From the NCBI GenBank assembly GCA_964016885.1, contig OZ024742.1, positions 206,150,001 to 206,214,000 of the forward strand: a DNA stretch of 64,000 nucleotides. The letters run 5' to 3'. Shown here in pieces: positions 12,900 through 25,920 of this stretch. The position numbers and the translations under genes are program-made. Numbering within the stretch: position 1 is the first letter of the stretch; every line of letters starts with the position of its first letter. The notes beneath the pieces are model-generated. The model saw only the letters and a program-made list of their open reading frames with translations, made no database searches and was not told the DNA's origin. The stretch is from Eledone cirrhosa. Taxonomy: Eukaryota.

Positions 12900-13113
12900 G
12901 ATTTTTTCAAAGAAATTTCTTGTTTAATAATTATAAAAGTTTAAATTTTGAGCTCAAGGCCCCAATCTTTTTGAGTGTCCTTTTCAGAAAGCAAATTTTG
13001 TGACCTTATAAAAACTTAACAACAAACATTTTCCATAAATGGCAATTTGAAACAACTGAAAACAACAAACCTTGGCGGAGCTCACGATAATACGATTTCC
13101 TACGTAGGTCACC

Positions 13114-13174
<61 letters not shown>

Positions 13175-13178
<4 letters not shown>

Positions 13179-14265
13179 GAAATGGATAGGAAGACTAGGA
13201 AGCTATTGACTATCTACAACATGTTCTACAAGAGGAGTGATGTCGATAGACTCTACTTAAGGAGATCTGAAGGTGGAAGAGGTCTTATCAGCATAGAGGA
13301 CTGTGTTCAGATGGAGAAAAACAACCTACACAAATACGGGACTGATAGTAAGGAGCCAATGCTCAGAATTGTACTGAAGACCAGGGGATGTCCAAGGAGG
13401 AAATAACAACAAGGAGTAAGAGCAGCCTTCATGAAAAATCCCTTCATAGTACCTTCTTTGAGAAAACTGAATTCAGAGATCGACAGACATGGAACTGGTT
13501 GAAAAGAGGAGACCTTAAAAAGGCTACAGAAGGAATGTTAATGGCTGCGCAAGAGCAGGCCCTCAAAACGAAGTGGTTGAAACACCATATTTACAAGGAG
13601 GAGGCTACCCACTGTGCAGGATCTGTGGAGAGAGAGAGAGGAGTCTGTGGCTCACATTGTATCCGAGTGTAAACACATAGCCCAGACTCTCTATAAGGGC
13701 TGGAGACATGATGTGATGGGCAGGGTGATCCACTGGCACCTATGCAAAGTAAACAATTTACCACATTCTGAGAGGTGGTATGAGCATAAGCCAGAGTCGG
13801 TGATAGAAAACGATCAGGTGAAGGTGCTGTGGGATTTTAGGATACAGGTGGACAAGAAACTGGAACACAATAGACCTGACCTGGTGGTTTTGGACAAGGA
13901 AAAAAAATCGTGCCTGATTGTGGATGTGGCCTGCCCATTCGACACGAGAGTGCAAGAGAAGGAGAGGGAAAAAATTAACCGATACCAGGACTTAAAGTGG
14001 GAGGTAAAAAGGATTTGGAACTGCCATGAAGTCAAAGTGGTCCCGATTGTCATAGGCGCACTAGGTACTATCTCAAAAAGTTTCCAGGGGTGATTAAAGA
14101 AAATTGGCCCCGCCACGCTGTTTGGAACGCTTCAAAAGGCATGCTTGCTGGGAACAGCAAGAACCCTCCGATACGTCCTGAATATCTGATGCTGCAGGTA
14201 GTGGCTTGATATTCATTTCAACAAACTTTCCAGTTAACTAACATCAATGACTGAGACTCAAAGAA
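13175..14265 (+). mobile_element. R4/Dong-type LINE 3' fragment, family A (CCHC + restriction-like endonuclease), frameshifted
   Basis: LYLRRSEGGRGL, AHIVSEC, HNRPDLVV..DVACPFD..EKINRYQDL, PIVIGALG; (AAT)n tail. Confidence 0.9.
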
Positions 14266-14278
14266 CAATAATAATAAT

Positions 14279-14457
14279 TGTTTCTACTTTAGGCACAAGG
14301 CCAGCAATTACCCAGTGCATTACTGGTACTTTATTTTATCGACCCCGTAAGGATGAAAGGCAAAGTAAACCTCGTCGGGATTTGAACTCAGACCGTAAAG
14401 GGACGTAACTATGCTGGAAAGCATGGCGTCCGACCCTCTACCGATACTGCCAAGCCA
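14279..14457 (-). mobile_element. tRNA-derived Deu/Nin-type SINE with 20-bp TSD (caaagaacaataataataat)
   Basis: Minus: gagttcaaatccc B-box, gcctttcatccttacggggtcgataaaataaagtaccag core, ggccttgtgcctaaagtagaaaca(att)n tail. TSD at 14259-14278 / 14458-14477. Confidence 0.88.
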
Positions 14458-14483
14458 CAAAGAACAATAATAATAATAATAAT

Positions 14484-14665
14484 TGTTTCTACTTTTGGCA
14501 TAAGGCCAGCAATTACCCAGTGTATTACTGGTACTTCATTTTATCGACCCTGTAAGGATGAAAGGCAAAGTTAACCTCAGCGAGATTTGAACTCAGATCG
14601 TAAAGGGACGTAACTACGCTGGAAAGCATGTCTGACCCTCCACAAATACTTCCAATTCACCGCCC
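14484..14665 (-). mobile_element. Deu/Nin-type SINE, full length
   Basis: Same consensus, inserted in (AAT)n. Confidence 0.88.
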
Positions 14666-14673
14666 TATAATAC

Positions 14674-14710
<37 letters not shown>

Positions 14711-17700
14711 TCTTTCTTTCTTTATTAACCACGAGGGTTGACATAAAGTATTATATTAAGGACAGCATAGGATGGTAGAGGGTGGTACAAATGGGCATTT
14801 CTGCATGTAAAGAAAAAAAAGTACTAACAAAGGAAATAACAAAATAACAAAAAAAAATTAAACAAGGGAAAATACCCCAATAGAGGGTAGACTTCCAAGG
14901 GTCCCTCCCAAAGAAAGCTTATTAAAAAAGCCACAGTAACCCTGACCACCTGGGCGAGTGCCCTCTCCCAGTTTTCCATCTTCAGTTTACAAGCGCATAC
15001 TCAGAGCAGGCCTCTCTCACCCATCTTTCAACAAATTTCTGGGAAGGGAGCACTTCTCTCTCCACCCTGATTTTCCTTTTTAAATGAAATTTGAAAAAGT
15101 TAATCAGGGCATCGCCCTTTCAAACGTGTCCACCACACAACTTTTTCACTATGGCCACCAGGCCTGCCCTTCCTAACTAAAGGAAGGTGGCGGGGCAATC
15201 CTCGTGATGGACTCAGCTGATAGCGGGATCTATCCAACATGTGACAGCAGGTGTTCGACAAAAATCCACTAGTCAGCAATGCTCAGACACTGGACAAGTG
15301 CGTGCAGGACAGTTTCGTCACCCTGTGCGCATATCGGACAGGCCTGGCTGATGGCATTTCACACCTGTAGAATTTATCCCGAACTAGCAGAGCTCTCCGA
15401 TAGCACTGCCAGGCCAGGCCAGGGATTTCTGGAAATTGTCCATGGTCCCCGGCCCGAAAGTTCTACCGATGAGATTGGCTAGTTGATTTTCGTTGATTCT
15501 CAGAGTCTCACCAAGGACGTTGTCGCTCTTTCCTTCCACTAAGCTTCTATAGAACACCTAGGTGGAGTTTCCACCAATCGCATCACCCAATTGGTCAAGG
15601 GCTGTGATTGCCTGATGACATTTCAATCTGCAAGCGTTCCCTTCCAGTCTTCACTTGACCCAGGACTGCTGCTTCGTCAAGGAGACGAGCTGGGAAATAA
15701 TGGATCTAACAAAAGGGCGACCACACCTGTTCCCATTGAGGAAGAGGTGGAGATATTCCGTAGCCTGAGCGCATGTCTGCACATCATCAGCCACGGCATG
15801 CCCAGCTCTCCACGTAGTGGGCAATGACAGCAAATGGACCGCCTGACAATTGGAGCACATCCCTTTCACAAAAAGCGAAAGAGCAAACGCTTCAGCGCAG
15901 TCAGGTGAGGCTTAGGACAAGGCACGACGGTCAGACGGTAGTAGATGATGGATGCAATGTACGCGTTTGCTACCTCCACTCGACCTTTCAGGGATAGCTT
16001 CCTCTCAGCCCATTTATGGGTGAGAGAAGCCACCTTGCTCAGTACCTCATCCCAGTTTTTGTCCCTCTGGAGGTTTGGACCAAACCAGACCCCTAAAAAA
16101 TTAACTGGTCCGTCCGTCCAGCGCCTGATAATGCTGTTGGATGGCATGGACCTGCCTCTCCAGGTGCTGAGCTGAAGGCTCACCGACTTTTCCTGGTTAA
16201 TCATTGCTCCTGTCACCACCTCATATTCTCTTAGTGTAGCGCCGATCGCCTCGATATGTTTGGCATTTGACACCACTACAGTGACGTCGTTGGCATATGC
16301 TGCCATGGTTCTCCCGCATCTCAGTTCACACGGGATACCTCCCAATGTCTCCAGTTTTTGCAGTAATGGCTCGAGAGTCAATACGTACAATAGGGACGAG
16401 AGGGGACATCCTTGGCAGACCGAGCGCATGATATTGAATGGTTCCGAAAGGTGACCGTTCACTCTCACCACAGAGCAGATGTCGCTGTGCATGGCAGCGA
16501 TCCAGCTTCTGAAGATTGGCCCAAAGCCGGCCACCCTCAGTACCACCACCAGATAAGGATGGTTGACCCTATCGAAAGTTTTTGACTGATCTAAATTGAT
16601 CAAGGCCCCAGCCAGGTTTGTTAGCTACCCTCTCCACGATGTATCGCATGAGATAGAGGTTGTCGTGGATGGACCTGTCTGGCGCATGTTTACAACTTTC
16701 CCACCAGTCCACCTATGACAAGCGCCAACCTCTTTGTTAGCACCTTGGCAAAATTCTTGATATCTGTGTTTAGCAGAGTTATGGGCCTGAAATTATCTAT
16801 GTTGCCCTTTGTGTTCAGGTCCTTTCTCAGTCGAGCTGGGAATTCTCCCATTCTGCTGCCAGTTGCAGTAGACGTCTGCCAAGAGGTCACCGAACAAGTC
16901 TGGCATGTGTACGTAAAGCTTGTAGGGCAGAGCATCCAAACTAGGCGATTTACCCATTGTGCAGTCAGTTATTGGCTCCCATACTTCAGCAGCTGTTATC
17001 GGCTTTTTGCAACACTCCACCTCAGTCAAGGTAGGCCCTAAAGTCCATCCTGCGATCCGACCCATCGCTGCCCTCGAACAGCTGAGCGAAGTGCCACTGA
17101 AAAGCTGCTCACATTTGCCTGGGTTTGAGTAACATGCACCTGCCGTGGTCCTCCAAAGACCGGATTGTGGCGTTGCTGCCTCGATGTGCCTCCACCACTC
17201 GGACCCACTGAACGGCTTTCGTCCCCTCATGTCTGAGAGCACGTGCCCTAGTTCCGACAATGCAGCCTTCGTGCTTTGCATTGAAGAAATGGTCAAGGGC
17301 CAATCTCGCTGCAAGCATGTTGGTCGTGATGCCTTTACTAAGCACCTCGTCAATTTTTCTAACTAGTTCTCCCTCTGCTCTATTCTTCTATTCTAATCAC
17401 CCTTCTGGGGGCGAACCACCATTTGTTGTTGACGACTGCCCCTGTCAATGCCTGCTTAACTAGTTTGGTCTCTGTAGTCTTTGCACATTGACAGCGACCT
17501 GTTTAGCTTCCAGTAGCCAGGTCCCTGTCTATAAAGCCTATCTAAATCGACCACACAGTTCATGAATTTGCAGTCCGTGTAGTCAACTATCTTGAAGTGT
17601 AGACAACCTATGCTAGAACTATCTACTTCCTTACAAAATACTCTATCTAGATACGATCTGGATGACCATGTCCTGATGCAGTTTGTCCATGTCCATATTG

Positions 17701-20540
17701 GTACATTCATGAAATCCAGCCGGTACCTGTCAGACAGTTGGAAACGTCTGAGCAGGTTTGTGAGGCTTTTACACCCTACTCCCCTATCTGCTAATCCCAC
17801 ACAAACCCAGCAAGCATCCAAGATCCTGTTCCAATCGCCCACTAACATTAAAGAGTGGGACATTCCTAGGAAGGTTTCCAGTCGCCTGAAGAAATCAGAC
17901 TGTCCTGCCCCTGCTGGAGCATAAACAGCCACTAGCCTAAAAGCATAGCCTTAACTGCTGGTCCCGTCCAGCACCACCAACTTACCTTCTGGGTCCAAGA
18001 AGATGGTCAGTATCACAAGATCCTGGCCTCTCCAAAACAACACAGTGACTCCCCCCCCGTTCCTGGCTGGCTTGGAGATGCGTACACATCATAACTGCTA
18101 AAGATGGGTGCAAAGGCATGTGCTTCGGAAATTCTGGTCTCTCTGATGGCCACCACATCTATGTTCATTGACCTGAGGTCGTTGAGCAGGCGACACTGCT
18201 TCCATGGTGATCCCCAGGCATTTATGCTGCCTATTCTGAGTAAGGTCATGTTGCAAAAGAGTGGCAAAAGATGGGAAAGACCACTTACCTCTGTTCTTGT
18301 GGAGGAAGGATGGTTTTTCCGTCCTTCTGATTGTTTGTGGCACTCTCCGGAAGGATGTCTTTATATATACTCCTGGAGAGTGTTTGCCAGAAATTTGCGA
18401 TGTTCTTGGGGACTTATAATTATAGGGTTTTGTATGTTTCTGTGTGATATGTGTGATTTATATGTGTGTGGGTGGTGTGAATTTTTGGGGTGTTGTGTAG
18501 TTTTTCTCTGAGATGCTGGTGTTGTGTTGGATGAAGTGTAATCATTGTTTATTGTTCATTTTTAATTCTGTGTAGTGTGTTTCGGTTTGGTCGTTATGCT
18601 GTGTTTGCATTTGTTGTAGTTCTGTTTGTGGGTTTGTTTCTGTTTCGCTTGTTGGTGTTTTTTGTGGTATTAGTGATGGTGGTGTTGGGGTTGATGATGG
18701 TGTTGGTGTTTGCGGTGTTGAGGCTGGTGATGCTGATGTGGGTGGTGGTGGTGGTGCCATAGCTGTCTTAACTTTCTTGGCTTTTTGTTTGGTTCGCTCT
18801 CTATTTTTTTGGAGGCTGAAGGGATGGGTTCTTTCTTTTCTGGTTTCTTTTTTTTTCTAGATACAGTTTCCCACCCCTCCTCCTTATCACAATCTGTCTC
18901 CAATTGTGAGATGTTGGGAGGTGGAATGTCCTGCACAGGTGTTGGTGTTGGTTGTGGTGTGTGGATGGTAGTGGGGCTATTGCTTCTTCTGGCGTGGTGG
19001 GCAATGGTGGTGGTGGTCTTGTTACTGTTACTGCTACAGTTGCTGCTGCCGTTGCTGCAGCTGTTTTTTCTGGTAGAGCCAGTTGGGTAGGCAGGAGAGG
19101 TGGACTTAAGTTTTTAGCCATACTCTGAGGGCTGAAGGCCTTTCGGTAGGCTCCATCGCCACAAACGACACACCTTGGCCTTCTACCTTTAACAATTATG
19201 GTGAGGTGGCTGCTGTCATCGAGGTCTATCACCTATGGAATCTCCTGGATGTTTTTCTGGTCTGCTTGTATCAGGAGCTCCATTCCAGGTCCGGACCAGT
19301 TCTCTTGTTTTATTCTCATTACCTTAATGACTTTTGTGTCGTTTTTGATGTCGGCAAGGACGGCAGCCATCATCCAGGGAATTTCTATGGTGGCGGAATC
19401 TGGGTTACCTTCGCTCTCACGAGCCTTTGTCCGCAGTAATTTAGAGCTAGTGGCAACTCGTCACTATTTAGTGGCGCCATGGAGTGCTCTCTGGCTTACT
19501 GTGGGGTTGCAAAGAACGCATCCATGGTCCCATATCTTTGTCCACGTACGATGTAAGTTTTCTGAGCCCACACATCTCCCAAAGCCTTTTGGATCTGGGA
19601 CTCGGATGCCCACTCCACTCAGCGTGTCTTTGTGCTAATTGTACGGCATGATACCGTACATAGCCGCTGATAATGCATGGTGTTTGATGGAGGAGTGAGG
19701 CTGACCGTGTAACCATTTTTCTTCACCATTCACCTGGCCTCATACAGTTGTTCCTGGCTTATCTCAATCGTTTTGTTCTTGTTCGCCGCTTTCGCAAAAT
19801 ACATTTCGTTTTGCGCTGGTGTTTGTGTTGTTATTCTTATTATTGCTGTTGTTGCTGTTGTTATTATTGTTATTTTTGTTATTATTATTTTTTGTTTCAG
19901 TTGTTGCTGTGGTGGTGGTGATGGTAGTGGTGTCAGTGGTGTTTGACGTGACTGTCGACATTGTGGTTATGGGGACAGCGGTGTTCCCATTGGTGAATGT
20001 TGTTAATAAATTGGGAGAATCCAGTTTGCACGACTAGTTTTTTTTTGTTTCAGTTGTTGCTGTGGTGGCGGTGATGATGGTGGAATCAGTGGTGTTGGAT
20101 GTACTCCTCGATATTGTCGCGGTGGGGATGGCGGCTTTTACACTGGTAGACATTAGCAAAGGTGAAAATTCCACATCTGCTGCACAGGGCAAAATTTGGC
20201 GACTGCTATTGCTGCTGCAGCTGTTATCGAAACCATTATCCGTCTTGGCAATTGTAGCAAAGTTCACAACGGTGGTGTTGTAAGTAGTGTTTATGTTAGA
20301 TCCGCTGCCACGTGAATGCTGGCTTAATTTTGGGAGGCCATATTTTTTTACAAAAAAAAATTGTTTGTTTTGACAAAATAAACTTCAAATTTGGGTTCAA
20401 GGTCCCAATATTATTGAGTGTCCTTTTCAGAAAGCAATATGCATGAACTTACCAACAGTTAACAACAAATATTTTCCATAACTAGCAATTCAAAACAACA
20501 ACAAATCTTTTGGAGCTCACGATAACAAATAAGTCAGCAG
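14711..20540 (-). mobile_element. Full-length Tx1-clade LINE, copy 2 (older, most decayed; ORF2 ~14987-18249, ORF1 ~18285-20341)
   Basis: Colinear with copies 1 and 3 throughout; many indels and stops; YADD->YAND. Confidence 0.9.
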
Positions 20541-20567
20541 TAATAATAATAGTAATAATTATTATAA

Positions 20568-22193
20568 TTATTGTTGTTTGTCCTTGCCCTGATACCCCTG
20601 TCCGTCATATTGCGAAAAGTGAGAGCAGGATACAAGTTGGGAAGAGGAGAGCTTACCATCAACTACCTCCTCTTCATAGACGATCTTAAACTCTTTGGGA
20701 AGAGTGAGAAGGAGTTGGATGTACTTGTTGACACTGTCCGTATTTTTAGCAATGATATATGTATGGAATTTGGTGTTAATAAGTGTGGAGTCCTAGTGAT
20801 GAAGAGGGGGTAAATTGAGCAGAAGCGACGAAATCCAGGTACCAACAGGTGAGATGATAAAGGAAATTGACACTGAAGAGGGATACAAATAGTTAGGTGT
20901 TCTGGAGGCAGCTGACATCAAGAACAAAAAAATGAAGGAATTGATCAGATCTGAATACATAAGGAGAGTAAGGAAATACTACAATCACATCTAAATAGTA
21001 GGAATGTCATAAGTGCAGTAAATTCCCGAGTTGTGTCTATTATTAGGTACAGTGCGGGAATTCTGAAATGAAATATTGCTGAACAAAGAGAAATCGATAG
21101 GAAGACTAGGAAGCTATTGACTATCTACAGCAGGTTCCACAAGAGGAGTGATATTGATAGACTCTACTTAAAGAGATCTGAAGGTGGAAGAGGTTTTATC
21201 AGCATAGAGGACTGTGTTCAGATGGAGAAAAACAACCTGCACAAATATGTGGCTGAAAGTAGGGAGCCAATGCTCAAAATTCTACTGAAGGAGAAGACAG
21301 TAGACCAGGGCACGTCAAAGGAGGAAATAAGAACAAGGAGGAAGAGCAGCCTTCATGAAAAATCCCTTCATAGCACCTTCTTTAAGAAAACGGAATTTAG
21401 AGATCAACAGACATGGAACTGGTTAAAAATGAGGAGACCTTGAAAAAGTTACAGAAGGAATACTAATGGCTGCGCAAGAGCAAGCCCTCAGAACGAAATG
21501 GGTGAAGCACCATATTGACAAGGAGGAGGTTAGCTCACTGTGTAGGATCTGTGGAGAGAGAGAGAGGAGACTGTGGCTCACATTGTATCCGAGTGTAAAC
21601 ACCTAGCCCAGACTCACTATAAAGGCTGGAGACATGATGTGATGGGCAGGGTGATCCACTGGAATCTATGCAAAGTAAATAATTTACCACATTCGGAGAA
21701 GTTGTATGAGCATAAGCCAGAGTCGGTGATAGAAAACGATCAGGTGAAGGTGCTGTGGGATTTTAGGATACAGGTGGACAAGAAATTAGAACACAATAGG
21801 CCTGACCTGATGGTTTGGGGACAAGGAAAAAGATTGTGCCTGGTTGTAGATGTAGCCTGCACATTTGACACGAGAGTGCAAGAAAAGGGGAGGGAGAAAA
21901 TTAACTGATACCAGAATTTAAAGTGGGAGTTAAAAAGGATTTGGAACTGCCATGAAATCAAGGTCGTCCCGTTTGTCATAGGCACACTAGGTACTATCTC
22001 AAAGAGTTTCCAAGGATGGTTAAAGAAGATAAGTCCAGCCCCACATTTTGGAACACTTCAAAAGGCATGCTTGCTGGGAACAGCAAGAACCCTCCGATAT
22101 GTCCTGAATGTCTGAGGCTGCAGGTAGTGGCTTGATATTCATTTGAACAAACTTTCCAGTTAAATAACATCAATGACTGAGACTCAAAGGTCG
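20568..22193 (+). mobile_element. R4/Dong-type LINE 3' fragment, family A (end of RT + CCHC + RLE), decayed
   Basis: LLFVLALIPLS, INYLLFIDDLKLF, FGVNKC, RSEGGRG, HNRPDL. Confidence 0.9.
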
Positions 22194-22226
<33 letters not shown>

Positions 22227-22468
22227 TTTTCTTTATTAACCACAAGGGTTCACATAAAGTAGACATTAAGGACAGTACAGGACAATGCAGGACGGTACAA
22301 ATGGGCATTTCTGCGTGTAAAAAAACAGAGGTTGAAATAAAATAACAAAGAAAAATTCCCCAATAGGGGGGAGACTTCCAAGGGACATTTGTGGAGAAAG
22401 CCCATTAAAAGACCACAGTGGCCCTGACCACCAGGGCAAGTGCCCTCTCCCAATTTTCCACCTTTAAT

Positions 22469-25400
22469 TTACAGACACATACTCAGAGAAGGCCCATTCA
22501 TTCGGGCCATACTTGCTTCTCTCACCCATCTTTCAACAAAATGCTGGGAAGAGAGCACTTCCCTCTCTACCCTGATTTTCCTTTTCAAATGAAATTTGAA
22601 AAAGTTAATCAGGGCATCACCGAAGAGGTAAGTGCTCGTCTTCAGCCCTTTCCAACGTGTCCACCATACTATCTCTTTCGCCATGGCCACCAGACAGATA
22701 AAAACTGCCTGCCCTTCCAGGCTAAAGGAAGGGGGCGGGGAAATCCTCACAATGGACTCAGCTGATAGCTGGATAGGTCCTACACGTGACAGCAGGTGTT
22801 CGACATAAACCCACAAGTCAGCAATGCTCGGACACTGGACGAGTGCGTGCAGGACGGTTTCGTCGCCCTGCGCGCATCTCGGACATGCCCGGCTGACGGC
22901 ACCTCCATGCCTGTAGAGTTTATCCCGAACTGGCAAAGCTCCTCGGTAGCACTGCCAAGCCAGGGATTTCTGGAAGTTGTCCATAGGCCCCGGCCCGAAA
23001 GTCCTTCCGAAGAGATTGGCTAGTTGATTTTCGTCGACGCCTAGAGTTTCTCCAAGTACGTCGTCGCTTTTCCCTCCACTAATCCCCTATAGAACGCCAA
23101 GGTGGAGTTTCCACCGATCACATTGCCCGATTGGTCGAGGGCTGTGAGCGCCTGAAGACATTCCAGTCTCCAAGCGCTCCCTCTCGGTCTTCGCTTGACC
23201 CAGGACTGCAGCTCCGTCAAGGAGACGAGCTGGGGAAAAACGTGTCTTGCAAACGGCGACCACACCTGATCACCGTCGAGGAAGAGGTGGAGATGTCGTA
23301 GCCTGAGCGCGTGTCTGCGCATCATCAGCCACGGCATGCCCAGCCCTCCACGTAGCGGGTGTTGACAGCAGATGGACCGCCTGACCATCGGAGCGCGTCC
23401 CTTCCACAAGAAGCGAAAGAGCAAACGCTCCAGCGCAGTCAGGCGGGGCTTAGGACAAGGTACGACGGTCAGGCGGTAGTAGATGACGGATGCGATGTAC
23501 GCATTCGCCACCTCCGCTCGACCTTTCAGGGATAGCTTCCTCTCGGCCCATTTCTGGGTGAGAGAAGCCACCCTGCTCGTCACCTCGTCCCAGTTTTTGT
23601 CCGTCTGGAGGTCTGGACCGAACCAGACCCCTAGCAATTTAACCGGTCCGTCCGTCCAGCGCCCGACGACGCTGTTGGACGGCATGGACCTGCCTCTCCA
23701 GGTGCCGAGCTGCAGGCCCACTGTTTTTCCTGGTTGATCATTGCTCCTGTCACCGCTTCGTATTCTCTTAGTGTAGTGCCGATCGCCTCGATGTGTTTGG
23801 CGTTCGACACCACTACGGTGACATCGTCGGCATATGCTGACACGGATCTTCCGCATCCTAGTTCGCGCGGGACCCCCCTCAACGTCTCCAGTTTGTGCAG
23901 TAATGGCTCGAGAGTCAATACGTACAATAGGGACGAGAGGGGACATCCTTGGCGGACCGAGCGCATGATGTTGAACGGTTCCGAAAGGTGACCGTTCACT
24001 CTCACTACAGAGCAGATGTCGCTGGGCATGGCAGCGATCCAGCCTCTGAAGACGGGCCCAAAGCCAGCCGCCCTCAGGACTGCCGTTAGGTAACGATGGT
24101 CGACCCTATCGAAGGCTTTCGACTGATCTAAATTGATCAAAGACCCACCCGTGCCAGGTTCCCTAGCTACCCTCTCTACGATGTATCGCATGAGGTGGAG
24201 GTTGTCGTGGATGGATCTGTCGGGAATGGCGCATGTCTGTGCCTCTCCCACCAGACCACCAACGACAAGCGCCAACCTCTTTGCTAGCACCTTGGCCAAA
24301 ATCTTGAACTCTGTGTTTAGCAGAGTTATGGGCCTAAAATTATCTATGTTATCCCCCTTGTTCGGATCCTTTCTCAGCAGCGCCACCGCTCCTCGGCTCA
24401 CAGAGCTGGGAATTCTCCCGTTCTGTTGCCAGTTGCAGTAGACGTCCGCCAAGAGGCCTCCGAACAAGTTTGGCATTTGTACGTAAAGTTCATAGGGCAG
24501 ACCATCCAAACCAGGCGATTTACCCCTTGTGCAACTAGTCATTGCATCCCGTACTTCAGCGGTTGTTATCGGCTTTTCGCAACACTCCGCCTCAGTGGCC
24601 GAAAGCCGCGGCAGTCCGTCGAGGTAGACACTAAAGTCCATCCCTCGATCCGGCCCGCCACTGCCCCCGAACAGTTGAGCGAAGTGTCGCTGAAAAGCTT
24701 CACACATTTGCCCGGGATCGAGTAGCATGCGCCCGTCGTGGTCCACCAAAGACCGGATCGTGGCTTTGTTGCCACGACGCGCCTCCGCCACTCGGGCCCA
24801 TTGAACGGCTTTCGTCCCCTCGTGTCTGAGAGCACGCACCCTAGCTCTGACAACGCAGCCTTCGTGCTTTGCATTGAAGAATTGGTCAAGGGCCAATTTC
24901 GCCGCAAGTACGTCGGTCGCGATGCCTTTGCTAAGCGCCTCATCTAATTTTCTAACTAATTCTCCCTCTGCTCTATTTTTCTCTATTGCTAAAGCCTTAC
25001 TAAACCTAATCGATTCTATTCTAATCGCTCTTTTCAGAGCAAACCACCACTTGTTGTTGACGATGGCCCCCGTCAACGCCCGCTTAACTAGTTCGCTAAT
25101 CCGGTCTCTGTAGGCCTTGCGCGCTGGTAAGGACGCGTTTAGCTTCCAGTAGCCGGGTCCTCGTCTATGAAGCCTATCTAAGTCAAGCACACAGATCACG
25201 AATTTGTGGTCCGTGTAGCTGACTATCTCGAATTGTGGACAGCCTATGCTAGACCTATCTATTTCCCTACAAAATACTCTATCTAGATATGATCTGGATG
25301 ACCCTATGCGATTTGTCCAAGTCCACATTGGTACATTCGGGAAATCCATTCGGTACCTGTCAGACAGTTCAAAACGTCTGAGCAGGTTGGTGAGACTCTT

Positions 25401-25886
25401 GCACCCTCCTTCCCTATCCACTAATCCCACACAATCCCAGCGTGCATCTAAGATCCCGTTCCAGTCGCCCACTAACACTAAAGAGCGGGACGTTCCAAGA
25501 AAGGTCTCCAGACGCCGGAAGAAATCAGGCCACCCTGCTCCTGTCGGGGCATAGACGGCCACTAACCTGAAAGCTTGCCCGTCTCCGCTGGTCACGTCCA
25601 GCACCACCAACTTACCTTCTGGGTCCAGGAAGATGGCCCGTTTGGCAAGATCCAAACCTCTCCGAAAAAGCACAGCAACTCCTCCCCCCGATCCCGGACG
25701 GCTGGGAGATGCGTACACATCGTAGCCGCCGAAGATCGGTGCGAAAGCCTGTGCTTCGGAGATTCTGGTCTCGCTGATGGCCACTACATCTATGTTTAGT
25801 GACCTGAGGTCGTTGAGCAGGTTCCCCTGCTTCCATGACGACCCCAAGCCACGCGCATTTATGCTGCCTATTCCGAGTGAGGTCAT
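22469..25886 (-). pseudogene. Tx1 copy 3 ORF2, two frameshifts (~23725, ~23070)
   Basis: APE (ETR, GDWN, TDH), RT (GCPLS, YADD) and CPRCAQGDETVLHALVQC, spread over three frames. Confidence 0.93.
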
Positions 25887-25920
25887 CTTGAAATGGAGTG
25901 GAAAAGATGGGAAAGACCAC

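Larger units (their letters stand above)
7272..13113 (-). mobile_element. Full-length Tx1-clade LINE, copy 1, flanked by (AAT)n
   Basis: 5' UTR, ORF1 and ORF2 (APE-RT-zinc finger), then AATAAA and (ATT)n at the 3' end. (AAT)n at 7220-7271 and 13114-13174. Confidence 0.93.
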
